DNA of 64,000 bases from Dehalococcoidia bacterium (GCA_050011565.1 JBEKIW010000002.1:32001-96000), one strand, 5' to 3'. Counted from the stretch's first letter, positions 28,607 to 38,805 are shown. Translations and numbers: made by a program. The notes: generated by a model from the sequence alone, not told the origin.

Positions 28607-29413
28607 TCAGTGGATAACCCGGCCAACTAACTTGTTAATGTCATCCCGCAGTCCTTGTGCACTTTGCCGGGCGGCTTGAGCAAAGTCTTTTCCTTTTGAA
28701 GCGTAAAGAACCTGTCGAGAGACGGCGATAATCGCTTTTTCTCCCCGAGCGTCAATTCCATTTTTAATCGCCGAGGACAGGTCACCACCCTGAGCCCCAA
28801 TACCCGGTATAAGTAGTGGCATCTCCGGACACAGTTGTCGAATAGCTTTCAACTCATCGGGATAAGTAGCCCCGACTACCAGGCCAATATTGCCACGTGT
28901 ATCCCATTCCCTGGCTTTCCTGGCCACCGCCTCATACAGCGGCGTGCCCTGGGCATCTGCCAGGCTCTGAAAATCTACCGCTCCGGGGTTAGAAGTCCGG
29001 CATAGGATAAAAATACCTTTATCTTCATATTCGAGGAACGGTTGGACCGAATCATAACCCAGGTAAGGATTAATTGTAGCGGCATCAAAGCCAAAGGTTT
29101 TAAAAAAGGCTTTGGCATAGGCTCTAGCCGTGTTGCCGATATCGCCTCGCTTGCCATCGCCTATTACCGGAATGAAATCGGGTATATGCTCAATGGTCTT
29201 CTGCAAAACTTTAAGCCCATCAATGCCTAAAGCTTCGTAAAAGGCAAGGTTTGGCTTATAAGCACATACCAGGTCAGCCGTAGCATCCACGATAGCCTTA
29301 TTGAAATCAAAAAGGCCCGCTTTAGGCATGAGTGTTACATCCGGGTCGAGCCCAATACAAAGCAGACTTTTATTTTGTCTGGCGGCTGACAGTAACTTAT
29401 CAATAAATTTCAT
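28607..29413 (-). CDS. pyrF: Orotidine-5'-phosphate decarboxylase (type 2)
   Basis: LCIGLDP, YKPNLAFYE, DGKRGDIGNT, RTSNPG, VVGATYP, LIPGIGAQGG. Confidence 0.96.
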   Translation of the reverse strand: MKFIDKLLSAARQNKSLLCIGLDPDVTLMPKAGLFDFNKAIVDATADLVCAYKPNLAFYEALGIDGLKVLQKTIEHIPDFIPVIGDGKRGDIGNTARAYAKAFFKTFGFDAATINPYLGYDSVQPFLEYEDKGIFILCRTSNPGAVDFQSLADAQGTPLYEAVARKAREWDTRGNIGLVVGATYPDELKAIRQLCPEMPLLIPGIGAQGGDLSSAIKNGIDARGEKAIIAVSRQVLYASKGKDFAQAARQSAQGLRDDINKLVGRVIH

Positions 29414-29565
29414 GTCTAACCCGAATTATAACCTAAGAAGACAAAGCTTCCAAGCCATGTGGTAATAGTGCCCATGATACAGGATATCCGCGATCTGCGC
29501 GTCTTAATAAAAACAGTAGACTGCACAGGCTATTCCCTTTCTACCATATCGTAGAATCTTACTTT

Positions 29566-29594
29566 TTGACAGTGTAACAGGAGTCGGGTATGAT
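29566..29594 (+). promoter_or_regulatory. Sigma70 promoter upstream of the glutaredoxin gene
   Basis: TTGACA-17 nt-TATGAT. Confidence 0.65.
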
Positions 29595-29730
29595 TCTAAG
29601 ATATCGCAATGTTGGGGCATATAATTCTCTAGCTAGTACAAGAATCGTAGACCCTCTTTCCGGCGAGGTTTATAGATAAAACATATTGTTCACTAAATAA
29701 AATTAAGCACAGTAATAAGGAGATAAGAAA

Positions 29731-30012
29731 ATGGCTCTAACACATGTACCTGGCAAGAACACAGGACATCTGGTTTTGTACGCTTTAAGTACCTGCCCCT
29801 GGTGCAAAAAGACAAAGAAATTGCTGGACGACCTCGGTGTAGAATACCATTATGCCGATATCGACCTGCTAACGGGTAGCGAGAAGGATGAGGCCGTAAA
29901 AATAGTAAAGAAATGGAACCCACGTAGTTCGTTCCCCACACTGGTAGTAAACGATAGTCTATGCATAGTCGGTTTTGAGGAAGACAAAATTCGGAAGGCT
30001 TTAAAACTATGA
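29731..30012 (+). CDS. Glutaredoxin (NrdH/methanoredoxin-like)
   Basis: [25 protein letters not shown]; RBS AAGGAG. Confidence 0.93.
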   Translation: MALTHVPGKNTGHLVLYALSTCPWCKKTKKLLDDLGVEYHYADIDLLTGSEKDEAVKIVKKWNPRSSFPTLVVNDSLCIVGFEEDKIRKALKL

Positions 30013-30521
30013 CGGGAGAGATAGCAGTAACCTCAGACGAAATTGATAAATTATATGAGAGGTTAAAAGCCGAAGCTAAGGCTGGCGACTACCATCTCAA
30101 TCCGGAGGTTACGTTCACCAAGGAACTGGTTAAGGGACTGCTCATTAATCAAAAGAGGTACGGGTACCCTGCTTGCCCCTGCAGGCTGTCGTCAGGAAAA
30201 AGGGAGGATGACCTTGATATTATCTGTCCTTGCGATTATCGAGACCCCGACCTCGGTGACTATGATACATGTTACTGCGGCCTCTATGTTTCGGATGCTG
30301 TGGTAAAAGGTAAAAAACAGATTGGTACCATACCGGAGCGGCGCCCTCCGGTTGCAGAAAGAAAACTGTCAAAACCAAAACCGGAGCCGGGTGCCGTCAT
30401 GTCCTTGCCTCTACCGGTATGGCGATGCAAAGTCTGTGGCTATCTATGTGCCAGAGATGCCCCACCCGAGGTATGCCCCATCTGCAAAGCTACAAAGGAC
30501 CGGTTTGAACGTTTTATGTAG
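30009..30521 (+). CDS. Ferredoxin:thioredoxin reductase catalytic-subunit homolog fused to a rubredoxin-like domain
   Basis: CPC, CPC and CYC cluster motifs plus C-terminal WRCKVCGY...CPIC; 4-nt overlap with glutaredoxin. Confidence 0.9.
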   Translation: MTGEIAVTSDEIDKLYERLKAEAKAGDYHLNPEVTFTKELVKGLLINQKRYGYPACPCRLSSGKREDDLDIICPCDYRDPDLGDYDTCYCGLYVSDAVVKGKKQIGTIPERRPPVAERKLSKPKPEPGAVMSLPLPVWRCKVCGYLCARDAPPEVCPICKATKDRFERFM

Positions 30522-30588
30522 CTATATGACTTGTAATTGCTTCCCGACTGAATAGTCAGCCCAACCTCTTAATCAGACTTAGCAAATA

Positions 30589-31983
30589 ATGTCTAATCTG
30601 CCACTAGAAATTATCAGTGTGGTGAATAGTCAAATGAATTACCAGCGGGCCGAAGATTACATTCTTAGTTTCACCGACTACGAGAAAATGCCGGGTATCG
30701 CCTACACATCGGCTAACTATGACTTAAGGCGAATGGAAAAGCTTCTGCAACCGTTAGGGAATCCACATCTAGGGACAAGAACAGTTCATATAGCCGGCAC
30801 CAAGGGCAAAGGTAGCACAGCAGCCATGATTTCCCAAACACTTATCGCTGCCGGCTACAAGACAGGGCTATTTACCTCGCCGCATCTTCATACATTAAGA
30901 GAGCGAATAAGAATTAACGGCGCTATGATTTCCGAGTCTGATTTCGCTGTCCTGGTAACGGAGTTGAAACCAATCGTCGAATCGGTAAACAAGCAGGCTG
31001 CCTTCGGTGAGCTGACCACTTTTGAGATATTGACAGCCGTTGTTTTCACCTATTTCAAAAAGAATCGCGTGGATTTTCAGGTGTTGGAGGTCGGATTGGG
31101 AGGCAGACTGGATGCCACTAATGTGGTCAAACCTGATGTCTGCGTTATTACCTCGCTTAGCCTCGACCATACCGAGATTTTGGGCAACAGTGTCGCTAAG
31201 ATAGCCGCTGAAAAGGCAGGCATTATCAAGGCGGGATGTATTGTAATCAATGCGCCGCAAGTCGATGACGCAGCCCGGGTAATCAAGCAAGTTTGCCGTC
31301 AACAGCGAGCAAAGTTAATTCAAGTCGGACGGGATGTGACCTGGCACAAGACAAGCGGTGACCTGTATGGGCAGACCCTGACAGTTTCCACCAAAAGCGG
31401 ACATTATGACCTGACTATCCCGCTTCTCGGCGACTACCAACTGGAGAATGCAGCCGCGGCGTTAGCCGTCATAGAAGCTCTGGTATACCTTGGGGCCGAT
31501 ATTTCGTTCCAGAACATAGAGAAGGGGTTCAGCCAGGTAAGCTGGCCGGGCAGGCTTCAGATATTAAACCGCAAGCCAACGGTAGTCGTTGACGGAGCTC
31601 ACAATGCCTATTCAATGAGTAAATTGGTAACAGCGATTAAAGAATATTTTGACTACAAAATGTGTTTTGTTATTTTTGGGACTTCGTGTGACAAAGATAT
31701 CTCCGGAATGGCACAAGAACTCCAACCACTCAGCCACCATATCATCATTACCAGTTCTTCTCATCCCAGAGCGGCTCCCATCCAATTACTAGCCGAAAAG
31801 TTTAATACTTTGGGCGTTAAAGCGATGGTGGCGGGAAATGTAACGGAGGCACTATCCAAGGCTCTAGCTTTAGCCAAAAAGACCGACCTGATTCTGATTA
31901 CCGGTTCGCTCTTCGTCGTGGCCGAGGCAATTGATTACATTACGAAGGCAAGAGCACCGATGGCGTTCGATGGTACTAAGTAG
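30589..31983 (+). CDS. folC: Folylpolyglutamate/dihydrofolate synthase
   Basis: HIAGTKGKGST, TSPHL, EVGLGGRLDATNV, WPGRLQ, DGAHN, TGSLF. True start probably ATG 30634. Confidence 0.95.
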   Translation: MSNLPLEIISVVNSQMNYQRAEDYILSFTDYEKMPGIAYTSANYDLRRMEKLLQPLGNPHLGTRTVHIAGTKGKGSTAAMISQTLIAAGYKTGLFTSPHLHTLRERIRINGAMISESDFAVLVTELKPIVESVNKQAAFGELTTFEILTAVVFTYFKKNRVDFQVLEVGLGGRLDATNVVKPDVCVITSLSLDHTEILGNSVAKIAAEKAGIIKAGCIVINAPQVDDAARVIKQVCRQQRAKLIQVGRDVTWHKTSGDLYGQTLTVSTKSGHYDLTIPLLGDYQLENAAAALAVIEALVYLGADISFQNIEKGFSQVSWPGRLQILNRKPTVVVDGAHNAYSMSKLVTAIKEYFDYKMCFVIFGTSCDKDISGMAQELQPLSHHIIITSSSHPRAAPIQLLAEKFNTLGVKAMVAGNVTEALSKALALAKKTDLILITGSLFVVAEAIDYITKARAPMAFDGTK

Positions 31984-32227
31984 AGGGCGTAACCGCCTCT
32001 TTAGCCAATACTCCGGCGAAAAGCCGTTGTAATGCCATCATATGGCTACAAGTACCGCGTTGGGAAAAGAACGGACAGGTGCAATGCCACTTCCTGCCTT
32101 TATAACTTACAGTATAATTATTGTGGTCGCCGCGGAAATCTGCAGCGAACTCTGACAGTGTCACGCGGTCAGGTTCTTGAGCATAGCGTTTGGCTTTCTC
32201 TGCCTTGCCGATTAAGCTGGACTGCAA
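31976..32227 (-). CDS. Small SWIM zinc-finger protein
   Basis: WHCTCPFF...TCSH (CxC-x8-CxH); RBS GGAGG. Confidence 0.8.
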   Translation of the reverse strand: MQSSLIGKAEKAKRYAQEPDRVTLSEFAADFRGDHNNYTVSYKGRKWHCTCPFFSQRGTCSHMMALQRLFAGVLAKEAVTPST

Positions 32228-32342
32228 AATAAAACCTCCGCAACCAAGTATATAACGCGTCTGTGAAAAAGTCTATGAATGCAATTTCCTTGCCTTTCAG
32301 CCTAATCAAAAGCTAAAATACATAGAATCGGGAAAAACATAG

Positions 32343-33698
32343 ATGCAGGATGAGCTTGCCAACGCACTGAAGACACAGGGCGCTGACTATATCGAGATTC
32401 GGGTTGAGGAAAACAAAGCAACCCGCCTTGTCTACCACGGAAAAAGATTGGAAGAGGTAGGCAGAACATCCAGCCTTGGCGGCAATGTGCGGGCTCTGGT
32501 CAAAGGTGGCTGGGGCTTTGTCAGCTTCAATAACATCCAGAATCTTCGAGACAATGTGGAGCTGGCCATAAAAGAGGCCAGACTTATCGGCAAAGAAGAT
32601 TTTCGCCTCAGCCCAACGGAACCGATAATCGACGTGGGAACAGCCGGAGAAAAAGGTCAACCGCCCGTTTCACTGGCATCAAAGAAACAACTGCTCGATG
32701 AATACAATGATATCATTCTGAGTACACCTAAGATCCAGACATCAAGCATCGGGTGCCAGGACAGTCAAAAGAAGATAACTTTTGCCAACTCCGAAGGCAC
32801 TTATATAGAGCAAACAAGAGCCGACATCAATCTGCGTCTAACAGCTATAGCTGCGGAAAACGGGGAAGTCCAGCAGATTGGGTTGAGTATAGGTAGTCCC
32901 GGCGATTTTTCAGCCATAGAGGGTTTGCAGCAGCAAGTAAAACAAATGGCGCAGCGAGCAGTAAAGCTTCTTTCAGCGCCTCAAGCCAAAGGAGGCGAAT
33001 ATACAATTGTCCTGGACCCAATCCTGGCCGGCGTATTTGCTCACGAAGCCTTCGGGCATTTATCTGAGGCAGACCACGTTTATGAAAACAGGCGACTGCA
33101 AGAAATTATGGTGCTGGGCAGAAAATTCGGCGATAAATATCTCAATATTATAGATGGCGCCGCTGTTCCCGGGCTGCGGGGGAGCTATAAATATGACGAT
33201 GAAGGAGTTCCGTCAACAAAAACATGCCTTATACGTGAAGGCATACTCGAGAGCAGACTGCACTCTCGAGAGACGGCTGCCAAGATGCAAGAAAAAACTA
33301 CGGGAAATGCCCGGGCAATCAGCTATTCTTTCCCGCCGATTGTCAGGATGACTAACACCTACATTGAACCGGGAAGCCTATCTTTTGAAGATATTATCAG
33401 CGATATCAAAGAAGGAGTATATGCCAGGGACTGGTATGGAGGGACAACCAGCCTGGAGATGTTCACCTTCTCGGCTGCGGAAGCTTATATGATTCGGAAC
33501 GGCAAGATAGCAGAATTGCTTCGCCCTGTAGTACTCAGCGGCAACGTCTTCGTCACTCTGGGCAACATAGATGCCATCGGCAATGATTTGGAGATGAATC
33601 AGGGCGGCGGCTGTGGTAAACGCGGACAGATGCCCCTGCCTGTTTCAAATGGCAGTCCACATATAAGAATTCGTCGATGTCTGGTAGGAGGCAGCTAG
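32343..33698 (+). CDS. tldD: TldD family metalloprotease
   Basis: HEAFGHLSEAD (HExxGH), YDDEG, RMTNTYI, GCGK.GQ. Confidence 0.93.
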   Translation: MQDELANALKTQGADYIEIRVEENKATRLVYHGKRLEEVGRTSSLGGNVRALVKGGWGFVSFNNIQNLRDNVELAIKEARLIGKEDFRLSPTEPIIDVGTAGEKGQPPVSLASKKQLLDEYNDIILSTPKIQTSSIGCQDSQKKITFANSEGTYIEQTRADINLRLTAIAAENGEVQQIGLSIGSPGDFSAIEGLQQQVKQMAQRAVKLLSAPQAKGGEYTIVLDPILAGVFAHEAFGHLSEADHVYENRRLQEIMVLGRKFGDKYLNIIDGAAVPGLRGSYKYDDEGVPSTKTCLIREGILESRLHSRETAAKMQEKTTGNARAISYSFPPIVRMTNTYIEPGSLSFEDIISDIKEGVYARDWYGGTTSLEMFTFSAAEAYMIRNGKIAELLRPVVLSGNVFVTLGNIDAIGNDLEMNQGGGCGKRGQMPLPVSNGSPHIRIRRCLVGGS

Positions 33699-35003
33699 GT
33701 GGAAGAGATTTTATCGGCAGCCAAAAAAATAGCTGAGCAGGCTGAAGTATTTCAAGTCTCTTCCAGAATAACCCCGGTCAACTTTGAAGCCAATCGATTG
33801 AAAGAAATTCAAGCCAAGGAAAGCACAATTAATGCTCTGAGGCTTATTAAGGGAGGCAAGGTCGGCTTCGCTCAGGCTAATGGTTTTATCGAACCCAAAA
33901 AGTTAGTTGAAATGGCGGAGGAAACATGTCAATTCGGTACGCCAGCCAAATTCAACTTTCCCAGCCCGAAGGTTTATCCGAAAATAGATGTCTTCGATCC
34001 ACAGGTAGAAAAGGTAAATATAGAGAGTATGGTCCAGCTCGGAGAACAGCTTATTGCTGCCGTTACACGGCACACCCCTTCTATCGTGTGTGAAGCAATG
34101 GTTACCAGGGGAATTATCACGGTTAATATCATTAATTCCGAAGGTGGCAATGCCAGTTACAGCAAAAGCTTCTTCAACGTGAGCCTCGAAGGTGTTCTTA
34201 TCAAAAATGAGGACATGCTTTTCGTTGGCGATAGCCTGAGTTCATGCCACCCCATCGTTGATTTCAAGCCGATAGCTGAAGAAGTAATAATGCAGTTAGA
34301 CCTGGCCAAGAGAAACGCCAGCCTGCCAACCAAGTTGATGCCTGCGATTTTCACGCCGCGTGGAGTAGCCAGCGCACTAACCTCGCCGTTGATTTCAGCT
34401 CTCAATGGTAAAATAGTATTTGACGGTGCTTCGCCCTTGAAGGATAAGCTGGGACTTCATGTTTTTGATAAAAACTTTTCGTTGTGGGATGATGCCACTC
34501 TGCCCTATCAGGTAGCCAGCTATCCCTGCGACGACGAAGGTGTGCCAGGCCAACGAACTTCGCTTATAGACAGCGGAGTTGTATCACATTTCATTTATGA
34601 CCTGCATACAGCGGCTCTGGCTAACACGCAAAGCACTGGTAATGGAGAACGCCATGGTGGCGTGCCGGCGCCTTCTCCGAGCTCCTTAATCATAGACAAG
34701 GGCGACACTTCTTTTGGGGACATGATAAAAGATATAAAAGAGGGTTTAATAGTAGACACGCTGATAGGTGCCGAGCAGGGAAATATACTAAACGGGGATT
34801 TTAGTGGAAATGTTTTACTTGGCTACAAGATAGAGAATGGAGAAATAACAGGTAGAGTGAAGGATACGATGGTCGCCGGTAATGTTTATCAGCTTTTAAA
34901 ACAAATCGAAGCCATAGGGAAAGACGCCAGGTGGGTGGAAGGTTTTCTATTGACTCCCTGCCTCTACTGCTCTGGTTTATCGGTAGCGTCGAAGACAGGC
35001 TGA
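33699..35003 (+). CDS. pmbA: PmbA/TldE family protein
   Basis: DDEGVP, STGNG, NGDFS, IENGEI, AGN; no HExxH; directly follows tldD. Confidence 0.9.
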   Translation: MEEILSAAKKIAEQAEVFQVSSRITPVNFEANRLKEIQAKESTINALRLIKGGKVGFAQANGFIEPKKLVEMAEETCQFGTPAKFNFPSPKVYPKIDVFDPQVEKVNIESMVQLGEQLIAAVTRHTPSIVCEAMVTRGIITVNIINSEGGNASYSKSFFNVSLEGVLIKNEDMLFVGDSLSSCHPIVDFKPIAEEVIMQLDLAKRNASLPTKLMPAIFTPRGVASALTSPLISALNGKIVFDGASPLKDKLGLHVFDKNFSLWDDATLPYQVASYPCDDEGVPGQRTSLIDSGVVSHFIYDLHTAALANTQSTGNGERHGGVPAPSPSSLIIDKGDTSFGDMIKDIKEGLIVDTLIGAEQGNILNGDFSGNVLLGYKIENGEITGRVKDTMVAGNVYQLLKQIEAIGKDARWVEGFLLTPCLYCSGLSVASKTG

Positions 35004-35008
35004 ACCTG

Positions 35009-35866
35009 ATGAAAAGTGCAGTTAAGTTTTACAAGGAACCACATCGAAAGGCATGCGACCTGCTCGCTGTCTGGCCTGGAATTGGAAATGTGGCGCTTAT
35101 AATTGCCAGGTACATCAAAGACAAGCTGAAAGCTGAGGAGATCGGAGAAATCGAGCCATTCGATTTCTTCGATCCTATTGGCATTATGGTCAAAAGCAAT
35201 ATAATAGAGGCCCCTCAATTTCCAGAAAGTAAATTCTACTACTGGCAGAACCCCAACTCAGACAGAGATCTGCTCTTGTTTATCAGTGACGAGCAGCCCA
35301 GTTTCAAGGGTTATGACCTGGCTGGTTGTGTGCTGGACGTCAGTCAGAAACTCAAAGTCAAAAGGGTGTATACCTGCGCTGCAGCCATTGCTAGAATTCA
35401 CCACACTGAAAAACCTAAGGTTTGGGGGGCTGCTACAAACCAGAAACTACTCGAGGTACTAAGAAAACACGACGTCATCCTCCGCGGCGACATTCAAATT
35501 GCCGGGCTTAACGGCTTGTTCTTGGGAGTAGCCAAAGAGAGGGGTTTTGATGGTATCTGTCTACTGGGTGAGGTGCCTACTTACACCACTCGAATACCTA
35601 ACCCTAAAGCCGCTCTGGCGGTGCTTGATATCCTGGCCAAGATATTAGCCATTGATATCAATCTGTCCGAACTGGCGAAACTGGCCAAAGAATCAGACGA
35701 GCAGATGAAAAAATTGGCCGCTGAAGCCATGGAGGAATTCATAGACCGTTACACCAAACCTGTGTGGCCGCCGGAAGAGGAGGAGATAGGAGAAATCGAG
35801 GAAATCGAGGAGGAGGAAGAAGAGGAGGAGGACAACGAAAACGGGGACGAGGAGGAAGACAAATAG
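35009..35866 (+). CDS. PAC2 (proteasome assembly chaperone) family protein with acidic C-terminal tail
   Basis: WPGIGNVA, F..P, D.LLF..DEQP, I.GLNGL.LG, GICLLGE, PNPKAA. ORF track starts at 34931; ATG 35009 is more plausible. Confidence 0.85.
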   Translation: MKSAVKFYKEPHRKACDLLAVWPGIGNVALIIARYIKDKLKAEEIGEIEPFDFFDPIGIMVKSNIIEAPQFPESKFYYWQNPNSDRDLLLFISDEQPSFKGYDLAGCVLDVSQKLKVKRVYTCAAAIARIHHTEKPKVWGAATNQKLLEVLRKHDVILRGDIQIAGLNGLFLGVAKERGFDGICLLGEVPTYTTRIPNPKAALAVLDILAKILAIDINLSELAKLAKESDEQMKKLAAEAMEEFIDRYTKPVWPPEEEEIGEIEEIEEEEEEEEDNENGDEEEDK

Positions 35867-36799
35867 ATGCCAGCCGAATTATCCCCAAGAATGCGTTATA
35901 TATCAGAAGTATTAGATTCAAGCAAGAATGTAAATAGCTCTAAACTGGTATCTCTATCAGACCTCAACAGTGAGGAAATGGAATTTTTGGCAGAAATATG
36001 GACAGATGCAGATTTAGAGCGACGGCGGGAGATTATTTCTCAGCTTGTCCATCTCAGTGAATTTGACTTTAAGCTTGATTTCAGCGGTGTTTTCGTAGTG
36101 TCTCTCGGCGACCCCGATGAAACAATCAGAGCACAAGCTGTGGCCGGTCTGGACGGAGAAGATAATTATCTGCTTATCAAGCCATTAGTGCACGCTTTAA
36201 AGGAAGACATTTCTGCCAAAGTAAGAGCAGCAGCAGCTATAGCTCTTGGTAAATTTGCTCTTCAGGGCGAACTGGGTAACCTGCCGAGCTATTACCGCGA
36301 AAAGATATATAATTCTTTGTTGGAAGTCCTGGATAAAAAGACCGAGTTGACCGAGGTAAAACGTCGAGCCCTGGAGGCCATCTCTCCATTTAGTTTGCCT
36401 CGAGTTAAAGAACTCATAGAAACCGCCTATCACACCGATGATATCAAGCTCAGAGCCAGTGCTATATATGCCATGGGACGCAACTGCGATTTAGCCTGGC
36501 TACCTACTGTGTTAGCTGAGTTAAACAGTGAGGAAGTCGAGATACGCTACGAGGCAGCCAGCGCTTCTGGCGAACTCGGTGCCGAAGAAGCTGTGCCCCT
36601 TATCATAGAGATGACTGAAAACGAGGACCAGCAGGTCCAGGAAGCTGCTATAAAAGCTTTAGGTGAGATAGGTAACGAGCCAGCCAAGCAAGCCCTCGAT
36701 AAGCTGACTAAAAATCCGCAACCCAGTATCCGCGATGCAGCCAAATCAGCCTTAAAGGAGATACAGCATTGCGAAGACCCTCTATCTTTACAGCTTTAA
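35867..36799 (+). CDS. HEAT-repeat (PBS lyase-like) protein
   Basis: Repeated IRAQAVAGL, VRAAAAIALG, LRASAIYAMG, IRYEAASASGELG, VQEAAIKALGEIG. Confidence 0.92.
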   Translation: MPAELSPRMRYISEVLDSSKNVNSSKLVSLSDLNSEEMEFLAEIWTDADLERRREIISQLVHLSEFDFKLDFSGVFVVSLGDPDETIRAQAVAGLDGEDNYLLIKPLVHALKEDISAKVRAAAAIALGKFALQGELGNLPSYYREKIYNSLLEVLDKKTELTEVKRRALEAISPFSLPRVKELIETAYHTDDIKLRASAIYAMGRNCDLAWLPTVLAELNSEEVEIRYEAASASGELGAEEAVPLIIEMTENEDQQVQEAAIKALGEIGNEPAKQALDKLTKNPQPSIRDAAKSALKEIQHCEDPLSLQL

Positions 36800-37356
36800 C
36801 CAAGCCACCATTACTAACCGGCGATAAAGTTAAGCTGCGTCCGAAGCGTGTACAGGACGCTACCAATGATTATAGCTGGCGACAAGATGCTGAGCTCTGC
36901 CGCCTGGATGCAACCCCTCCAATACTATGCTCTTTTGAAGAGTTTTTGGAAAACTACCTTGAAGATTTACACCGGTTAAATCGAAGCTATCGTTTCGCCA
37001 TCGAAACTCCAGATGGCAGGCACATCGGCAATTGCAGTTATTTTAATCTAGACGAAGTTAAAAAAGAGGCAGAGATGGGCATCATGATAGGCGACCGGGC
37101 TTACTGGAACCGTGGCTACGGGGCTGATACCATAATTACTTCGCTTAATCACTTTTTTTCCCGAACTAATATCAAAAGAGTTCACCTGAAGACGTTAATG
37201 TGGAACATCAGAGCACAAAAATGTTTTGAAAAATGCGGTTTCACCCCCTACGGGCAGATGATTGATGGGGACTACACCTTTATGCTGATGGAGACTCGGT
37301 GCCCCAACCAAAATTCAGCGAAAATAGAACGGCACTCTAATCCGTCACCATACTAA
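36769..37356 (+). CDS. RimJ/RimL-type GNAT N-acetyltransferase
   Basis: V.LRP, GRHIG, AEMGIMIG...YWNRGYG, N.RA..CFEKCGF; AAGGAG 8 nt before the TTG start. Confidence 0.88.
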   Translation: MRRPSIFTALTKPPLLTGDKVKLRPKRVQDATNDYSWRQDAELCRLDATPPILCSFEEFLENYLEDLHRLNRSYRFAIETPDGRHIGNCSYFNLDEVKKEAEMGIMIGDRAYWNRGYGADTIITSLNHFFSRTNIKRVHLKTLMWNIRAQKCFEKCGFTPYGQMIDGDYTFMLMETRCPNQNSAKIERHSNPSPY

Positions 37357-38279
37357 TACACAAAAACCGGTTTCTGGTCGGTAATGATTCTCCTGGTGAC
37401 GGCTAGCTGACGGCGCAAATGCTTCGGCAAAATGAATAAAGATTGATGTGTCAGACCATCGTATGATTTTAGCCTCTTCGACAGCCGAGCCGAAATCCTA
37501 CAGTCCACATCCTCGGGTGACAATTCAGCAGGTTTGACACTCTGTGACGCTGTGGCGAACCCCCACAGGTCAACGAAGGAAGGAACATAAGTTTGATACG
37601 GACAGACTATCTTGAAAACACTTTTCAAAGTGTTGATTATGGCAGTGAAATTTTTTGAGTTAGTCCAGCCGGCGGCCCCGGACTGGACAGACATAATACC
37701 CCCAACATTCAGCTTGTCTTTGACCAGTTCGTAAAACTCTCGAGTGTATAACAAGCACGCCGGACCCTCTTCCAACGGTTCAACGAGGTCAATAATAATA
37801 ACGTCAAATTTATCGTTAGTCGTCTGTAAGTACATCCGGGCATCGGCAAAATTAAGTTCTAAGCGTGAGTCATTAAAAGAGCCCTCGTGAAAGAACGGAA
37901 GATAACGGCGGCAGATGTCTATGACTTCGCTGTCAATGTCCACCATAACTGCTTTTTTTATGGTGTTATGGGCCAATACCTCGCGCAGAGTGGCCCCCTC
38001 GCCGCCTCCGGCAATAAAAGCTGTCTTAGGACCTGGATGGCTGAACATCGCCGGATGAACTAATGCCTCGTGATAGATGAATTCATCCAGCTCGCTGGAC
38101 TGAATTTTCCCATCCAGCACCAGGCAGACGCCAAAGCTCCGGGTATCTATAATCTCTATAGACTGGAACTTGGTTCGTCCTGAATATATTACCTTCTTAA
38201 TTTTGTGGAGCTGCGCCAGATTGGGACTGACCTCATCATACAGCCATTTACGTTTGTCAGGATTGTCCGGGTCTTTCAT
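37353..38279 (-). CDS. speE: Polyamine aminopropyltransferase (spermidine synthase)
   Basis: LVLDGKIQS, DEFIYHEALVHP, GGGEGATLREVL, VDID, FDVIIID. Confidence 0.95.
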   Translation of the reverse strand: MKDPDNPDKRKWLYDEVSPNLAQLHKIKKVIYSGRTKFQSIEIIDTRSFGVCLVLDGKIQSSELDEFIYHEALVHPAMFSHPGPKTAFIAGGGEGATLREVLAHNTIKKAVMVDIDSEVIDICRRYLPFFHEGSFNDSRLELNFADARMYLQTTNDKFDVIIIDLVEPLEEGPACLLYTREFYELVKDKLNVGGIMSVQSGAAGWTNSKNFTAIINTLKSVFKIVCPYQTYVPSFVDLWGFATASQSVKPAELSPEDVDCRISARLSKRLKSYDGLTHQSLFILPKHLRRQLAVTRRIITDQKPVFVY

Positions 38280-38653
38280 TTCAGCTCACAGCCAACTTGA
38301 TTATTTTGCAAGATGCCCCTTTTCAATTCGATAAAAGAGGGATTCTTCGACCCCAGCTTTTCCACAAGCGGGTTGATAGCTAGCTCTGGTTTAACGGAAT
38401 CACCACAGGTAAAAATGTCTATAGCGGCATAACGGTGTTCCGGCCAGGTATGAATGCATATATGAGATTCAGAGATAACCAGCACGCCGCTTATCCCCTG
38501 TGGACTAAAGGCATGAAAACATTCATTCACTACAGTGGCACCAATTTGTTCAGCAGCATCATGAAGACAACGTCTGAGAAAATCTACATCGTTAAGCACC
38601 TCCACATTACAGTCTTTCAGTTCCAGCAGTAACTGTCGTCCTAGAGCATTCAA
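38276..38653 (-). CDS. speD: S-adenosylmethionine decarboxylase proenzyme
   Basis: FSPQGISGV, SESHI self-cleavage site, HTWPE, DIFTCG; RBS GGAGGG. Confidence 0.95.
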   Translation of the reverse strand: MNALGRQLLLELKDCNVEVLNDVDFLRRCLHDAAEQIGATVVNECFHAFSPQGISGVLVISESHICIHTWPEHRYAAIDIFTCGDSVKPELAINPLVEKLGSKNPSFIELKRGILQNNQVGCELK

Positions 38654-38731
38654 ATCACCGTCCCTCCTTTAAATTATTGTTTATTGAAGTTCTCACCCCC
38701 TATCTTCTGAGAATCAAAGGAACAGCCAGTA

Positions 38732-38805
38732 ATTGTATATTTTGTAAAAATGATTTTCAAGACCCTGTAAACCCTATTGACAAAAGCGACTTGACCCTGT
38801 AAAAT
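38732..38805. promoter_or_regulatory. Back-to-back sigma70 promoters (speDE on minus, Cys-rich gene on plus) with an 11-bp direct repeat
   Basis: Minus TTGAAA-17-TACAAT (38732-38760); plus TTGACA-17-TAAAAT (38777-38805); GACCCTGTAAA at 38761 and 38793. Confidence 0.7.

Noticed and set aside
29731-30521. Selenocysteine recoding in redox genes (also checked in the TlpA domains)
   Set aside because: All active-site positions are ordinary Cys codons in uninterrupted ORFs.
30546-30557. GACTGAATAGTC mini-palindrome before folC
   Set aside because: Only 4-bp arms; too weak to call an Rrf2 site.
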